This document shows positions 41,694-51,899 of a stretch of 64,000 nucleotides of DNA, piece after piece. The DNA comes from Candidatus Saccharimonadales bacterium. GTDB lineage: Bacteria; Chloroflexota; Dormibacteria; Aeolococcales; Aeolococcaceae. The stretch lies in assembly GCA_035532495.1 (NCBI GenBank), contig DATKQX010000062.1:47261-111260 (forward strand), given 5' to 3'. Under the pieces are notes generated by a model. It was not told the origin of the DNA, did no database searches, and saw only the letters and a list, made by a program, of their open reading frames with translations. Positions within the stretch are counted from its first letter, which is position 1. Each line of letters begins with the position of its first letter. A program made the position numbers and the translations under genes.

Positions 41694-43711
41694 TGGGAAC
41701 GACAGTGCTCGCCGTGCTCGTGGTCGCGATCCTTGCCATCGGCATCGGCGCCGTCGCGTGGGTGACGGTGCATCGCGAGCAGACGAACCTTGGCTTCCTC
41801 CACAGCGCGGGTGTCGGCCTCCTCGAGGCGCGTGACCTGGATGCCGCATCGGTCGACCTCCTCCGTCGCGCGACGGCGAAGTTCAACGCACATTGCGCTG
41901 AGCTCACGCTCATCCCCGAAGCGGGGAGCCCCGCCGCGTTCAGGACCACGCTCCGCGGGTCCGAGCCCGTGGATGTCCTGCGTGCCGTCGACGTCGAGGA
42001 CGACGGGACCGCCGCGTTGGCGCCGCCGATCTTCGGCGTCGTTCATCTCGCTGCGGCGACGGCAGACCCCTGGGTCACCCGCCTGGCGATGCGTCTCAAC
42101 ATCACGGGCGGCCTGGCAGTCTCACTGCGCGTCGAGGGACGCACGATCGGATACCTCGCTCTCGGGATCAGACGGCTCGACCGTGCGTCGGCGCGCGCTG
42201 ACGACCAGACCCTCCAGGAACTCGCGAACCTCGCCGCGCTGACGATCGATCGGAGCCGTCTTCACGACGCGCTCTTGCGACTGACGGCACTGCAGAACGA
42301 GCTCGCAGACCGCGCCTTCCACGACCCCCTCACGCATCTCGCCAATCCCGCGCTGTTCGTCGACCGGATGGAGCGCGCGCTCCTCGAGCGCGACCCGGAG
42401 CGCCACGTGGTCAGCGTCGTCTATGTCGATCTCGCGGGCTTCCGCAGGATCAACGCCAAGGAAGGGCATGCGACCGGCGACGCCATTCTCATCGAGGTCG
42501 GCCGGCGGTTGCGCGAGTGCCTCCGCCGCACCGATACCGCCGCGCGGCTGGGAGGCGACGAGTTCGCGCTGCTCCTGCCTGAGGTGATCCATCCGCGTGA
42601 GGCGGAGCTGATCTCGCAGCGCGTCGTCGAGGCGCTGGCGGTGCCGATCGAGATCGACGGTGGTCAAGTGTCCGTCGGCGCGTCTGTCGGGCTCGCGTCC
42701 GCGAACAGTCCCGACATCTCTGCTGCACTCCTCCTCCGCAATGCCACTGACGCGGCCAAAGAGGCGCGCGACGCCGGTTCGACCGGCTTCCGCGTCCACG
42801 GCGGGATCACGGCGGAACCCGTCGACTCGGATCTGCCGAAGGAGTTGCAGGCGGCCCTCGACAACGGGGAGTTCGTGGTCCATTACCAACCGATCGTCGA
42901 GCTGAAGACCGGCCGCATCCTTGGCGCCGAGGCGCTGGTGCGCTGGGAGCACCCTGTCAGGGGACTGCTCGCCCCGATCGATTTCCTCTCCGTCGCCGAG
43001 GAGTGCAATCTGGCCGAGCAGATCGAGGAGTTCGTCTTGAGAAGGGCATGCCAGCAGCTTCGCCGCTGGCAGAACGCCTATCCCGCCACCCCGGAGCTCG
43101 CGATCTCCGTCAACGTCTCCGCCGGCGCGCTCGGTAAGCGCGAGCTCGTCCAGCGCGTCAGCCGATGCCTCGAGGAGGCGCAGGTGGATCCCGCCTGTCT
43201 GATCCTCGAGGTGACAGAGAACGTCGTCCTCCAGGACCTCCACGGCACCATCGCCGCCTTCGACGCGCTGCAGCGGGCGGGCGTGCACGTCGCCATCGAC
43301 AACGTTGGCACCGGCTACACCTCGCTCGCATATTTGCGCCGCCTGCCCATCGACATCCTCAAGATCGCCCGTCCGCTCGTCGCCGAGCTGGGAGACCCGA
43401 CGTCGAGCGGAGAGCTCGCCGCAACCGTCGTCCGCCACGGCGAGGCGCTCCGCCTAGCGCTCGTGGCCGAAGGTGTGGAGACGCCGCTGCAGGTCGAGCG
43501 CCTCAACGCGCTCGGCTGCGGCATGGCGCAGGGGTTCCACCTCGCACGCCCGTGCGACGTCGAGGCCATGGAGACATTGCTCGCCCGCGGCGGCCTCGAC
43601 CCCTCGGCGTTCATGCGGACGGCGCCGCTCGCGCGCTCGATCCCTCGCAAGAGGGCACCTCGACCACGGCGCGTACCCTCAACGCGTGCAGCAGCGCGAA
43701 ACCCTGCGTGA
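41693..43711 (+). CDS. GAF-GGDEF-EAL c-di-GMP turnover protein (single N-terminal TM), tandem paralogue
   Basis: RRTD I-site plus RLGGDEFALL. EALVRWEHP, DNVGTGYTSLAYL and KIARPL. The start overlaps the preceding stop (TGATG). Confidence 0.9.
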   Translation: MGTTVLAVLVVAILAIGIGAVAWVTVHREQTNLGFLHSAGVGLLEARDLDAASVDLLRRATAKFNAHCAELTLIPEAGSPAAFRTTLRGSEPVDVLRAVDVEDDGTAALAPPIFGVVHLAAATADPWVTRLAMRLNITGGLAVSLRVEGRTIGYLALGIRRLDRASARADDQTLQELANLAALTIDRSRLHDALLRLTALQNELADRAFHDPLTHLANPALFVDRMERALLERDPERHVVSVVYVDLAGFRRINAKEGHATGDAILIEVGRRLRECLRRTDTAARLGGDEFALLLPEVIHPREAELISQRVVEALAVPIEIDGGQVSVGASVGLASANSPDISAALLLRNATDAAKEARDAGSTGFRVHGGITAEPVDSDLPKELQAALDNGEFVVHYQPIVELKTGRILGAEALVRWEHPVRGLLAPIDFLSVAEECNLAEQIEEFVLRRACQQLRRWQNAYPATPELAISVNVSAGALGKRELVQRVSRCLEEAQVDPACLILEVTENVVLQDLHGTIAAFDALQRAGVHVAIDNVGTGYTSLAYLRRLPIDILKIARPLVAELGDPTSSGELAATVVRHGEALRLALVAEGVETPLQVERLNALGCGMAQGFHLARPCDVEAMETLLARGGLDPSAFMRTAPLARSIPRKRAPRPRRVPSTRAAARNPA

Positions 43712-44465
43712 GCTCGCCGTCGCGGCCGCCGCGTCGGCGGCGGCGCTCGTGGTCCGGGCCCACGCCGGCGCCGGGCCGCGGACCGCGGAGGTCAAGAGCC
43801 CCGGCGACTACGTGACCGACGTCGACCGCGCCGCTGAGCAGGCGGCGATCACGGTGCTCCGTGCGGGAGCCCCGGACATCGCCATCCTCGCGGAGGAGGC
43901 CGGCGGGGACAGCGCCGACCGGATGTGGGTCGTCGATCCGATCGACGGCACGACCAATTTCCTGCGCGGCTTCCCCGTTGTCGGCGTGAGCGTCGCGCTC
44001 GTCGAGGCCGGCCAACCCGTGGTTGGAGCGGTGAACGCGCCGCTGCTCGGCGCTTCCTGGAGCGCCGCCGCGGGTCAGGGGGCGACCGACGACCGTGGTC
44101 GGCGCCTCTCGGTGTCCGCGCACCCTGGCGCCGGCATCGTCGCAACCGGGTTCCCGTTCCGCCGTAAGGAGCGCCTGCCGCGCTATTTCCGCGTCTTCGA
44201 GCGGGCATTGACCACGTTCGAGGATCTGCGCAGAGCCGGCGCCGCGAGCCTCGATCTCGCCTACGTGGCCGCCGGCGTCTTCGATGGGTTCTTCGAACTC
44301 GGTCTGGGGATATGGGACATCGCCGCCGGGGCTCTGCTTGTCCGCGAAGCTGGCGGCGTCGTGACCGACTGGGCCGGCAACGCCGACGCCGTTTTCGTCA
44401 GCGGTGACATCCTCGCCGGCACACCGGCGTGGCACGAGGCAATGCTCGAGATCGTTGCTGCGTAA
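43686..44465 (+). CDS. inositol monophosphatase family protein (SuhB-like)
   Basis: ILAEEAG, WVVDPIDGTTNF and WDIAAG motifs. GTG 43686 inside track ORF 43473..44465 (26-nt overlap with the preceding gene, so the start is tentative). Confidence 0.8.
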   Translation: MQQRETLRELAVAAAASAAALVVRAHAGAGPRTAEVKSPGDYVTDVDRAAEQAAITVLRAGAPDIAILAEEAGGDSADRMWVVDPIDGTTNFLRGFPVVGVSVALVEAGQPVVGAVNAPLLGASWSAAAGQGATDDRGRRLSVSAHPGAGIVATGFPFRRKERLPRYFRVFERALTTFEDLRRAGAASLDLAYVAAGVFDGFFELGLGIWDIAAGALLVREAGGVVTDWAGNADAVFVSGDILAGTPAWHEAMLEIVAA

Positions 44466-44538
44466 CTGCGCCGGCCCTCCACAGCCTTATGCCTTGACGA
44501 CACTCATCCCTCTCCGAGGCTTATAAGGTACTTCGCTT

Positions 44539-45366
44539 GTGACTAGCCCAGGGACCAAACCGACCACCGACCTTCTGCGCGGGAAACGCATCCTCGTCAC
44601 CGGGGTGCTCACCCCGAAGAGCATCGCGTTCGCCATCGCCGCCGCATGCCAGGGGGCCGGAGCGGAGGTGGTGCTCACGTCGTTTGGGCGGGCCATGAGC
44701 CTCACTCAGCGCAGCGCTCACCGTCTCGACCCGGTGCCTGAGGTCCTCGAGCTCGACGTCACCGACGTCACCCAGGCGCAGGCCGTTGCCGACCACATCC
44801 GCGGCACCCAAGGCGGTCTGGACGGGGTGGTCCATGCAATCGGGTTCGCTCCCGAGGACTGTCTCGGCGGCGGCTTCCTCGACGCTCCGTGGAGCTCCGT
44901 GTCGACGGCGTTCCACGTCAGCAGCTACTCACTGCGCACACTTGCCGCCGCGTTCGTGCCATTGATGCCCGAAACCGGTGGATCGCTGGTCGCGCTCACG
45001 TTCGACGCCCGCATCGCCTGGCCGCTCTACGACTGGATGGGCCCGGCGAAAGCGGCGCTCGAGTCCATAGCGCGCTACCTGGCGCGCGAGCTCGGCCCGC
45101 GCAAGGTTCGGGTCAACACCATCGCCGCCGGACCGCTGGAGACGATCGCCGCGCGCTCCATCCCGGGGTTCGAGGTCTTGAAGTCCTCGTGGGGCAAGCA
45201 GGCGCCGCTCGGATGGAACAGCGCCGACAGCGGTCCGGTCGCCGACGTCACCGCCTTTCTGCTCAGCGACCTCTCGCGGGCGATCACCGGCGAGATGATC
45301 CACGTCGACGGCGGTTATCACTCCCAGGGCGCGCAACTGATCCCGCACGCGGAGGTGCACGAATGA
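44539..45366 (+). CDS. fabI: enoyl-ACP reductase (FabI/InhA type)
   Basis: LRGKRILVTGV..KSIAFAIA, catalytic YDWMGPAKAALES and VNTIAAGP. Confidence 0.85.
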   Translation: MTSPGTKPTTDLLRGKRILVTGVLTPKSIAFAIAAACQGAGAEVVLTSFGRAMSLTQRSAHRLDPVPEVLELDVTDVTQAQAVADHIRGTQGGLDGVVHAIGFAPEDCLGGGFLDAPWSSVSTAFHVSSYSLRTLAAAFVPLMPETGGSLVALTFDARIAWPLYDWMGPAKAALESIARYLARELGPRKVRVNTIAAGPLETIAARSIPGFEVLKSSWGKQAPLGWNSADSGPVADVTAFLLSDLSRAITGEMIHVDGGYHSQGAQLIPHAEVHE

Positions 45367-46628
45367 GCAGCACGAATGGAAACGGCGGCGGACCTCGCGT
45401 CGCGATCACGGGCATCGGCGCTGTGACGCCGCTCGGTCTCGACGCCGAGTCGACGTGGCAGTCGTGCCGTCGTGGTCAGGGTGGTATCGGTCCGATCACG
45501 GCGTTCGATGCCTCCCACCTCACCACGCAGATCGCCGGGCAGGTCAAGGATTTCGACCCCGAGGCGATCCTCGGCAAGAAGGAGGCGCGCCGGATGAGTC
45601 GCTGCACGCAGATCGGCGTCTTCGCGGCGCGACAGGCCATTGAGGACTCCGGCCTGGACATCCGGTCGATGGCCGAGGACGTCGGTGTGCTCGTCGCCTC
45701 CGGCGTCGGTGGTATCGAGGTGATCGAGCGCAATGTCCTCGCCCTCTACAACGAGGGACCGCGACGCGTTTCGCCGTTCACCGTGCCGTCGATGATCATC
45801 GACATGCCTGCCGGCGCCATCGCCATCGAGTGCGGTGCGAAAGGCGTGAACTACGCCATCGTCAGCGCGTGCGCCTCATCGGGCCACGCGATCGGCGAGG
45901 CGGCGGAGTGGATCCGGCGGGGCGAGGCGACGGCCATCATCACCGGCGGCACCGAGGCGTCGATCACCAACATCAGCGTCGCGGCCTTCGACGCCATGCA
46001 GGCACTGTCGACTCGCAACGACGAGCCGGAGCGCGCGTCGCGACCGTTCGACAAGGATCGCGACGGCTTCGTCATGGGTGAGGGCGCGGGCATGTTCGTC
46101 CTCGAGGACTGGGGACACGCTGTGGCGCGTGGCGCGCACATCTACGGCGAGGTTGCCGGCTACGGCGCAACCGCCGACGCGTATCACATCACGCAGCCGG
46201 ACGCGCAGGGCGACGGTGCACGGCGCTGCATCCTGCGCTCACTCAAGCGAGCGGGCCGCGGACCGGGCGAGGTCGACTACATCAACGCGCACGGCACCTC
46301 GACACAGATGAACGACGCCGCCGAGACCAAGGCGGTCAAGGCGGCGCTCGGCGACCTTGCGGCGACGATCCCGATGTCGTCGACCAAGTCGATGCACGGG
46401 CATCTCCTCGGCGCCGCCGGCGCGGTGGAGGCGGTGATCACGGTTCTTGCCATTCGTGACCAGTTCGTGCCACCGACGATCAACCTGGACGAACCCGACC
46501 CCGAGTGCGACCTGGATTACGTTCCGAATCACGGTCGCGACGCGCGCGTCGATTTCGCGCTCAGCACGTCGTATGGATTTGGCGGCCACAACGTGTGCCT
46601 GGCGCTGGCCCGCGCGGATGGAGCCTGA
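45363..46628 (+). CDS. fabF: beta-ketoacyl-ACP synthase II
   Basis: ATG 45363 overlaps the fabI stop (ATGA). VAITGIGAVTPLG, active-site SACASSGHAIG, NAHGTSTQ and KSMHGHLLGAAG. Confidence 0.9.
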   Translation: MSSTNGNGGGPRVAITGIGAVTPLGLDAESTWQSCRRGQGGIGPITAFDASHLTTQIAGQVKDFDPEAILGKKEARRMSRCTQIGVFAARQAIEDSGLDIRSMAEDVGVLVASGVGGIEVIERNVLALYNEGPRRVSPFTVPSMIIDMPAGAIAIECGAKGVNYAIVSACASSGHAIGEAAEWIRRGEATAIITGGTEASITNISVAAFDAMQALSTRNDEPERASRPFDKDRDGFVMGEGAGMFVLEDWGHAVARGAHIYGEVAGYGATADAYHITQPDAQGDGARRCILRSLKRAGRGPGEVDYINAHGTSTQMNDAAETKAVKAALGDLAATIPMSSTKSMHGHLLGAAGAVEAVITVLAIRDQFVPPTINLDEPDPECDLDYVPNHGRDARVDFALSTSYGFGGHNVCLALARADGA

Positions 46629-47157
46629 CCGGCTCGCTCGCGACGTCGGCCCGGGGCGCATCACCATTCGCCGTGCCGACATCACGACACTGCACGTCGA
46701 CGCCATCGTCAACGCGGCCAACAGCTCGCTCGCCGGCGGCGGCGGCGTGGACGGAGCGATGCATCGGGCTGCCGGCCGCGAGCTGCTCATGGAGCTGCGC
46801 GAGCGCTACGCAGGGTGTCCGACCGGGTCGGCGGTGATCACCTCCGCCGGGCGCCTCAATGCCCGCTATGTCATCCACGCCGTCGGCCCGCGCTGGCGCG
46901 ACGGGGACCGAGACGAGCCGGCGGTGCTCGCCTCGACGTATCGATCCGCGTTCGCGCTGGCCGCCGAGCACGGCTGCCTCACCGTCGCCGCGCCGTCGAT
47001 CAGCACGGGGATCTACGGGTTCCCGATCGAGCGCGCCGCGCCGATCGCGATCGAGGAGGCGAGCTCGGCGTTGAGCCTGGATGGGACGTCGTTGCGTGAG
47101 ATCACGTTCGCGCTCTTCTCCCAGGCCGATCTCGAGGTCTTCGCGAGGGCCCTGTGA
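46618..47157 (+). CDS. macro domain protein (O-acetyl-ADP-ribose deacetylase/YmdB-like)
   Basis: DITTLHVDAIVNAANSSLAGGGGVDGAMHRAAG, VIHAVGP and ISTGIYGFP. ATG 46618 overlaps the fabF 3' end by 11 nt. Confidence 0.85.
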   Translation: MEPDRLARDVGPGRITIRRADITTLHVDAIVNAANSSLAGGGGVDGAMHRAAGRELLMELRERYAGCPTGSAVITSAGRLNARYVIHAVGPRWRDGDRDEPAVLASTYRSAFALAAEHGCLTVAAPSISTGIYGFPIERAAPIAIEEASSALSLDGTSLREITFALFSQADLEVFARAL

Positions 47158-47208
47158 CGCCACCTTGACGGTGGCGTCGGCACTCTGGCCATAGAGTGGG
47201 CAGGGCCA

Positions 47209-48462
47209 GTGTCAGCTCGTCCGCGGTGGTTCGCCGCCGCCCTCATCACCGTCGCCTCGATCGTCCTCGCGCACTACGCGCAGGTCTGGACCGTCGTGCC
47301 CTCCTCGCTGGCCCCCACGAGCGACTTTGCGGGCACATACGTGGCCGCAACACTGATCCGGACCGGGCACGCAGCGCAGATGTACGACCCGGTGATCGAG
47401 CAGCGAGCCCTCGTCCAGAGCGGCGCTCCCGCGGGACACGACGACATCCCCTTCGAGAATCCGCCGGGAGCCGCTGTCGTGGCATTGCCCTTCAGCCTCC
47501 TCAACGCCGGGGCTGCCTGGCGCGCCTGGTCCCTGCTCCAGCTGTTGCTCGTGGCGCTCTCGCTGTGGATGGTCGCGCGGGCGGCCCCCTGGCCTGCGGC
47601 GATGGCACGGCTTCCCCGGGTGGCGATCGCGCTCCTCGCACTGGCTGGATTCGGGACCGGCTTGGTCCTCCTGGAGGGGCAGTGGGACGGCGTCTCCGTC
47701 GTGGGGTTGGCGATCGCCTACGTCGCGTGGCGGCATGGCAGACCGGCTCTGGCAGGTTTCGCGTTGGGGTTCACGGCGGCGATCGCGAAGCCGCAGCTCG
47801 TGATCGGCATCGCCGCGTATATGCTCGGCAGGCGTGACTGGCGCGGGATCGCAGGCGCCCTCGCCGGAGCGGCGGTCACCATGGTGATCGGGCTGCTCGC
47901 CGACGGCCCTCACGGGCTCGTGGCGTTCGTCTCGGCGATCGCGACTCCGCATGACTCACCGACGGCGGAGATGCAGGGGAGCAGCGGCCTCTTCGGGTCA
48001 CTGCTGGGACAGGCACCCGGCGTCTACTTCCTCTCGATCGGGGCCGGACTGGCAGCAGCCGTTGTGGCGGGGTGGCTCGGTGCGATCACGCGCCGTCGTG
48101 CCGACCTTTTCGAGCCCTCGCTCTGCGCCGCGGTCGCACTCTCGCTCTTCGCGTCGCCGCATCTCCTCGGGCATGACCTCACGCTGCTCGCGCCCGTCCT
48201 GGTCGGTGGCCTCGCCTGGTTGGCTGGACGGCCAACCGAGGCGGCGTGGCCGGGTCCGAACACCCTCCTCGCGATCGCCGGGTGGGCACTCCTTTCGGTG
48301 GCGACCATGACCGACCTTGCCCAGAGCACCGTCGGCCTCCCGGGCCGCGCGACTCCTTGGGCGCTCCTGCTCGTGGCCGCGCTCTGGTGCGCGCTGACAA
48401 TGACCGCGCTGCGCGCCGGCGCGGCTCGGCCTGCATTCGAACGCCGATCCGCCGTAGCGTAG
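47209..48462 (+). CDS. polytopic membrane protein, DUF2029/GT87-like glycosyltransferase
   Basis: ~10 TM helices. YDP...F.NPP near the N-terminus and overall topology resemble polyprenol-phosphate-sugar-dependent GT87 proteins. Assigned from memory of the family. Confidence 0.5.
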   Translation: MSARPRWFAAALITVASIVLAHYAQVWTVVPSSLAPTSDFAGTYVAATLIRTGHAAQMYDPVIEQRALVQSGAPAGHDDIPFENPPGAAVVALPFSLLNAGAAWRAWSLLQLLLVALSLWMVARAAPWPAAMARLPRVAIALLALAGFGTGLVLLEGQWDGVSVVGLAIAYVAWRHGRPALAGFALGFTAAIAKPQLVIGIAAYMLGRRDWRGIAGALAGAAVTMVIGLLADGPHGLVAFVSAIATPHDSPTAEMQGSSGLFGSLLGQAPGVYFLSIGAGLAAAVVAGWLGAITRRRADLFEPSLCAAVALSLFASPHLLGHDLTLLAPVLVGGLAWLAGRPTEAAWPGPNTLLAIAGWALLSVATMTDLAQSTVGLPGRATPWALLLVAALWCALTMTALRAGAARPAFERRSAVA

Positions 48463-48481
48463 GCGTTGATCTGACCGACAC

Positions 48482-49639
48482 ATGGGTACCTTCACGAGCA
48501 TGAGAGGCGTCCCCCTCGGGCGAATAGCCGGGATCAAGATCACGGCTGACTGGAGCGTGCTCGTCATCGGCGCGCTCCTGGCATGGGGCGTTGCCGCCGC
48601 GGTAGTGCCGGGCGAGGCTCCCGGCACGCCGGAGTGGCTGGCCTGGATGGTCGGCGCCGTCGTCGCGGTGCTGTTGCTCGCGTCGCTCAGCGCACACGAG
48701 CTGGGTCATGCACTCCTGGCCAGACGCCGCGGCATCGCGGTCGAGGGCATCCGCCTCTGGCTGTTCGGTGGAGTCGCCCAGATGGGCAGCGACTGGATGA
48801 CCGGCAAGACCGAGATGCTCGTCGCTGCGATCGGCCCAGCGATCACGTTCGTGATCACCGCGGCATTCGGCGCCGCCACCTGGCTGTTCCTGTCGGTGAG
48901 CGCGCCGACGCTTGTGGTGGTCGTGGCGGAGTGGCTCGCGGCCGTCAACCTGCTGTTGCTCCTGTTCAACCTCATCCCCGCCTTTCCGCTCGACGGGGGG
49001 CGGATCCTCCGCGGCTTCATCTGGACGCGCACCAACAACAGGATCTCGGCCACCGTCGCGGCCGCACGTGTCGCGCGCGTCTTCGCCGTCGCCCTGGTCG
49101 GCCTGGGTCTCGTCGACGCCTTCTTCTACGACCCGGTCGGCGGCGTCTGGCTGATGTTGATCGGCTGGTTCCTCGACAACACCGCGCGTGGCGAGTCGCA
49201 GAACGAGCAGGCTCGCCAGGCGCTCGAGGGACTCCTCGTCGGCGAGGTCATGTCGAAGGACCCGGTCGTGGTGCCGTCATGGATCACCGTTGAGCTCCTC
49301 GTCAATCAGTACGCCGCAGGTCATCAGGTGAGCTCCTTCCCGACCCACAGCATCGACGGCCGCGTCGACGGGCTCGTGACGACGCGCGGGATCAAGAGAG
49401 TCCCTCTGCAGCAACGCGGCCGGCGCCGTGCCATCGACATCGCGATCCCGGCGGCGAACGTGCCCATTGCCCGCCGCGACGAGCGGCTGACGGATCTGCT
49501 CAAGCGTCTCGGTCCTGGATCCGACGGTCGCGCGATGGTCTACGACTCCGACCGCCTCGTCGGCATCGTCTCCCCGAGCGACATCTACCGCAGGCTCCAT
49601 GGCGGAGCACCACGCCCCACGGCTCCCACCGCCGCGTAG
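48482..49639 (+). CDS. M50 site-2 protease family protein with C-terminal CBS pair
   Basis: HELGHALLARRRG (HExxH), NLIPAFPLDGGRIL, then two CBS-like repeats. Confidence 0.85.
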   Translation: MGTFTSMRGVPLGRIAGIKITADWSVLVIGALLAWGVAAAVVPGEAPGTPEWLAWMVGAVVAVLLLASLSAHELGHALLARRRGIAVEGIRLWLFGGVAQMGSDWMTGKTEMLVAAIGPAITFVITAAFGAATWLFLSVSAPTLVVVVAEWLAAVNLLLLLFNLIPAFPLDGGRILRGFIWTRTNNRISATVAAARVARVFAVALVGLGLVDAFFYDPVGGVWLMLIGWFLDNTARGESQNEQARQALEGLLVGEVMSKDPVVVPSWITVELLVNQYAAGHQVSSFPTHSIDGRVDGLVTTRGIKRVPLQQRGRRRAIDIAIPAANVPIARRDERLTDLLKRLGPGSDGRAMVYDSDRLVGIVSPSDIYRRLHGGAPRPTAPTAA

Positions 49640-49673
49640 CGCTCGCCGCCGGGCGCCTGGATGCGCCAATCGG

Positions 49674-50699
49674 TCAGCCGGTGGTGTCCTCGAGTCCGAG
49701 GATGAGCTTTCCGAAATGCTCGCCGCGGAAGAGTTTCAGGAGGGTGTCCGGGAACGACTCGAGCCCGGTGACAACGTCCTCCAGCGATCGCAGCCGGCCG
49801 TCCGCGAGCCACCCGGCCATCTCCGCCCCCGCCTCCGGGTAGCGCGAGGCGAAGTCGAAAACGAGGAACCCCTCCATGCGAGCGCGGTCCACGAGGAGCG
49901 CCATGTAGTTGGCCGGTCCGCGTGCCGGACCGTCGTTGTTGTACTGCGAGATCGAGCCGCAGATGACGATGCGGGCGTGGCGCGCAAGACGGGTCAGTGC
50001 GGCATCAAGGATGTCGCCGCCGACGTTGTCGAAGTAGACGTTGATCCGGTCGGGGCACTGATCGCGCAGCGCGACGCGGACGTCCTCGTGCTTGTAGTCG
50101 ATCGCGGCGTCGAACCCGAGCTCCTCCACGATGAAGCGGCACTTCTCCGGGCCGCCGGCGATGCCGATCACGCGGCAGCCCTTGATCTTGGCGATCTGCC
50201 CGACAACCATGCCGACCGCCCCTGCGGCGCCCGACACGACCACCGTCTCGCCGGCGACTGGTGTGCCGATGTCGAGCAGACCGAAGTACGCCGTCATCCC
50301 GGTCATCCCGAGCACGCTGAGATACGTCGTCAGCGGAGCTGCGGCTGTGGAGACCCGGCTGACTCCCGAGCCGTCGCTCAACGCGTATGCCTGCACACCG
50401 AAGCTGCCCGTCACCTGGTCGCCGGCGGCGAAGCCGGGGTGCCGCGATTCGATCACCTCGCCGGCCCCAAGAGCGCGCATCACCTCACCGATGCCGACCG
50501 GTGGGATGTACGAGCGTCCGGCATTCATCCAGCCGCGCATGGCCGGATCGAGTGAGATATAGAGCACCCGCACGAGGAGCTCGCCCTCGCCGGGGCTTGG
50601 TACCGCCTCGTCCCGGAACTCCCAGTCGGACAGAACGGGGAGCCCACGTGGGCGTGCGGCAAGGCGCCACTGACGGTTGGTCACGGATGCGTCGCTCAT
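49674..50699 (-). CDS. NADP-dependent oxidoreductase (MDR superfamily, YncB/PTGR-like)
   Basis: NRQWRLAARPRG, YISLDPAMRGWM and VVVSGAAGAVGMVVGQIAK. Confidence 0.8.
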   Translation of the reverse strand: MSDASVTNRQWRLAARPRGLPVLSDWEFRDEAVPSPGEGELLVRVLYISLDPAMRGWMNAGRSYIPPVGIGEVMRALGAGEVIESRHPGFAAGDQVTGSFGVQAYALSDGSGVSRVSTAAAPLTTYLSVLGMTGMTAYFGLLDIGTPVAGETVVVSGAAGAVGMVVGQIAKIKGCRVIGIAGGPEKCRFIVEELGFDAAIDYKHEDVRVALRDQCPDRINVYFDNVGGDILDAALTRLARHARIVICGSISQYNNDGPARGPANYMALLVDRARMEGFLVFDFASRYPEAGAEMAGWLADGRLRSLEDVVTGLESFPDTLLKLFRGEHFGKLILGLEDTTG

Positions 50700-50741
50700 A
50701 TCCGCATCAGATTACGCGCGAGTGGCTGATAGGCTTCGTCG

Positions 50742-51623
50742 ATGCTGAGTGCGGGTCTCATCCTGTTTCTGGCCGCCCTCCAGGGCGTCACCGAGCTCTT
50801 TCCCGTGTCGTCGCTCGGTCATGCGGTCGTGGTGCCGCCGCTCATCGGCCTGAACTTCCGCGAGACCGACCCGGCCTTCGTGCCGGTGCTCACCGTGCTC
50901 CACCTCGGCACCGCCGGGGCGCTCCTCTTCCTGTACCGGCGCGACTGGGCGCGGATTATCGTGGGGTTCTTCCGAGCGGCCGTACGGGGCCGTATTGACG
51001 ACCCCGACCAGCGCCTCGCCATCATGCTCGTGGTCGGAACCGTGCCGGCGGGAATCATCGGCCTGCTCCTCCAGGATCCGCTCAAGACGCTCTTCGGGAA
51101 CCCGCGCCTCGCGTCGGTCTTCCTCGTCGTCAACGGCGGCATCCTCTTCGCGGCGGAGATGTTCCGGCGCCGGGACGAGCGGCGGCGCGCCGCTACCGAG
51201 CCCGCCCACGCCGCCCTGGCACACGAGGACGGTGATCCCCGGTTTGCGCGGGTCGAGGGATTGAGCCTCCGCACGACGCTGTTCGTCGGCATCTTCCAGG
51301 CGGGTGCGTTGCTGCCCGGCATCTCGCGCTCCGGGATCACGATGGCCGCGGGGCTGGTCGCCGGGCTGCGCCACGAGGAAGCGGCCCGGTTCTCGTTTCT
51401 GCTGGCGACGCCGATCATCCTCGCGGCCGGACTCCTCGAAGTGCCCTCGCTGGGCACCGACTCGCCGACGGCGCTGGTCGCGATCGGGGCCGCCATCGTC
51501 GCCGGGGTCGTGGCATACGCCAGCGCCCGCTTCCTGCTCCGCTACCTTCGATCGGGACGTCTCGACCCCTTCGCGTATTACTGTGCGGCTCTCGGGGCCG
51601 CAGGCCTCGTCTTCATCCACTGA
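50742..51623 (+). CDS. uppP: undecaprenyl-diphosphate phosphatase
   Basis: LQGVTELFPVSSLGH and PGISRSGITM motifs in a polytopic protein. Confidence 0.9.
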   Translation: MLSAGLILFLAALQGVTELFPVSSLGHAVVVPPLIGLNFRETDPAFVPVLTVLHLGTAGALLFLYRRDWARIIVGFFRAAVRGRIDDPDQRLAIMLVVGTVPAGIIGLLLQDPLKTLFGNPRLASVFLVVNGGILFAAEMFRRRDERRRAATEPAHAALAHEDGDPRFARVEGLSLRTTLFVGIFQAGALLPGISRSGITMAAGLVAGLRHEEAARFSFLLATPIILAAGLLEVPSLGTDSPTALVAIGAAIVAGVVAYASARFLLRYLRSGRLDPFAYYCAALGAAGLVFIH

Positions 51624-51662
51624 GTACGCGCACTGGGGATTCGCTCTGAACGCACGTACGAC

Positions 51663-51893
51663 ATGCATCGGGGGATCGGTATGAAAGGCAGCCGCCCACT
51701 CGCGCTCGCGCTCGTGGTCCTCGCCGTGATCTTCGCCATCGCTGCCGTTTTCTTCTTCACGGTGAAGACGACCTTCCTGACCACTGGCACGCATCCGGCG
51801 GTCCACTGGAAGCACGCGATCGTCTTCGCCGTGCTCGCCGTCCTGTCGCTGGTCGCCGCCAACTTCGCGAGGCCGAAGGCAGCCGTCAGGTAG
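51663..51893 (+). CDS. small two-TM membrane protein
   Basis: Two hydrophobic helices. Start is ATG 51663 or 51681. No family recognised. Confidence 0.4.
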   Translation: MHRGIGMKGSRPLALALVVLAVIFAIAAVFFFTVKTTFLTTGTHPAVHWKHAIVFAVLAVLSLVAANFARPKAAVR

Positions 51894-51899
51894 GCGACG

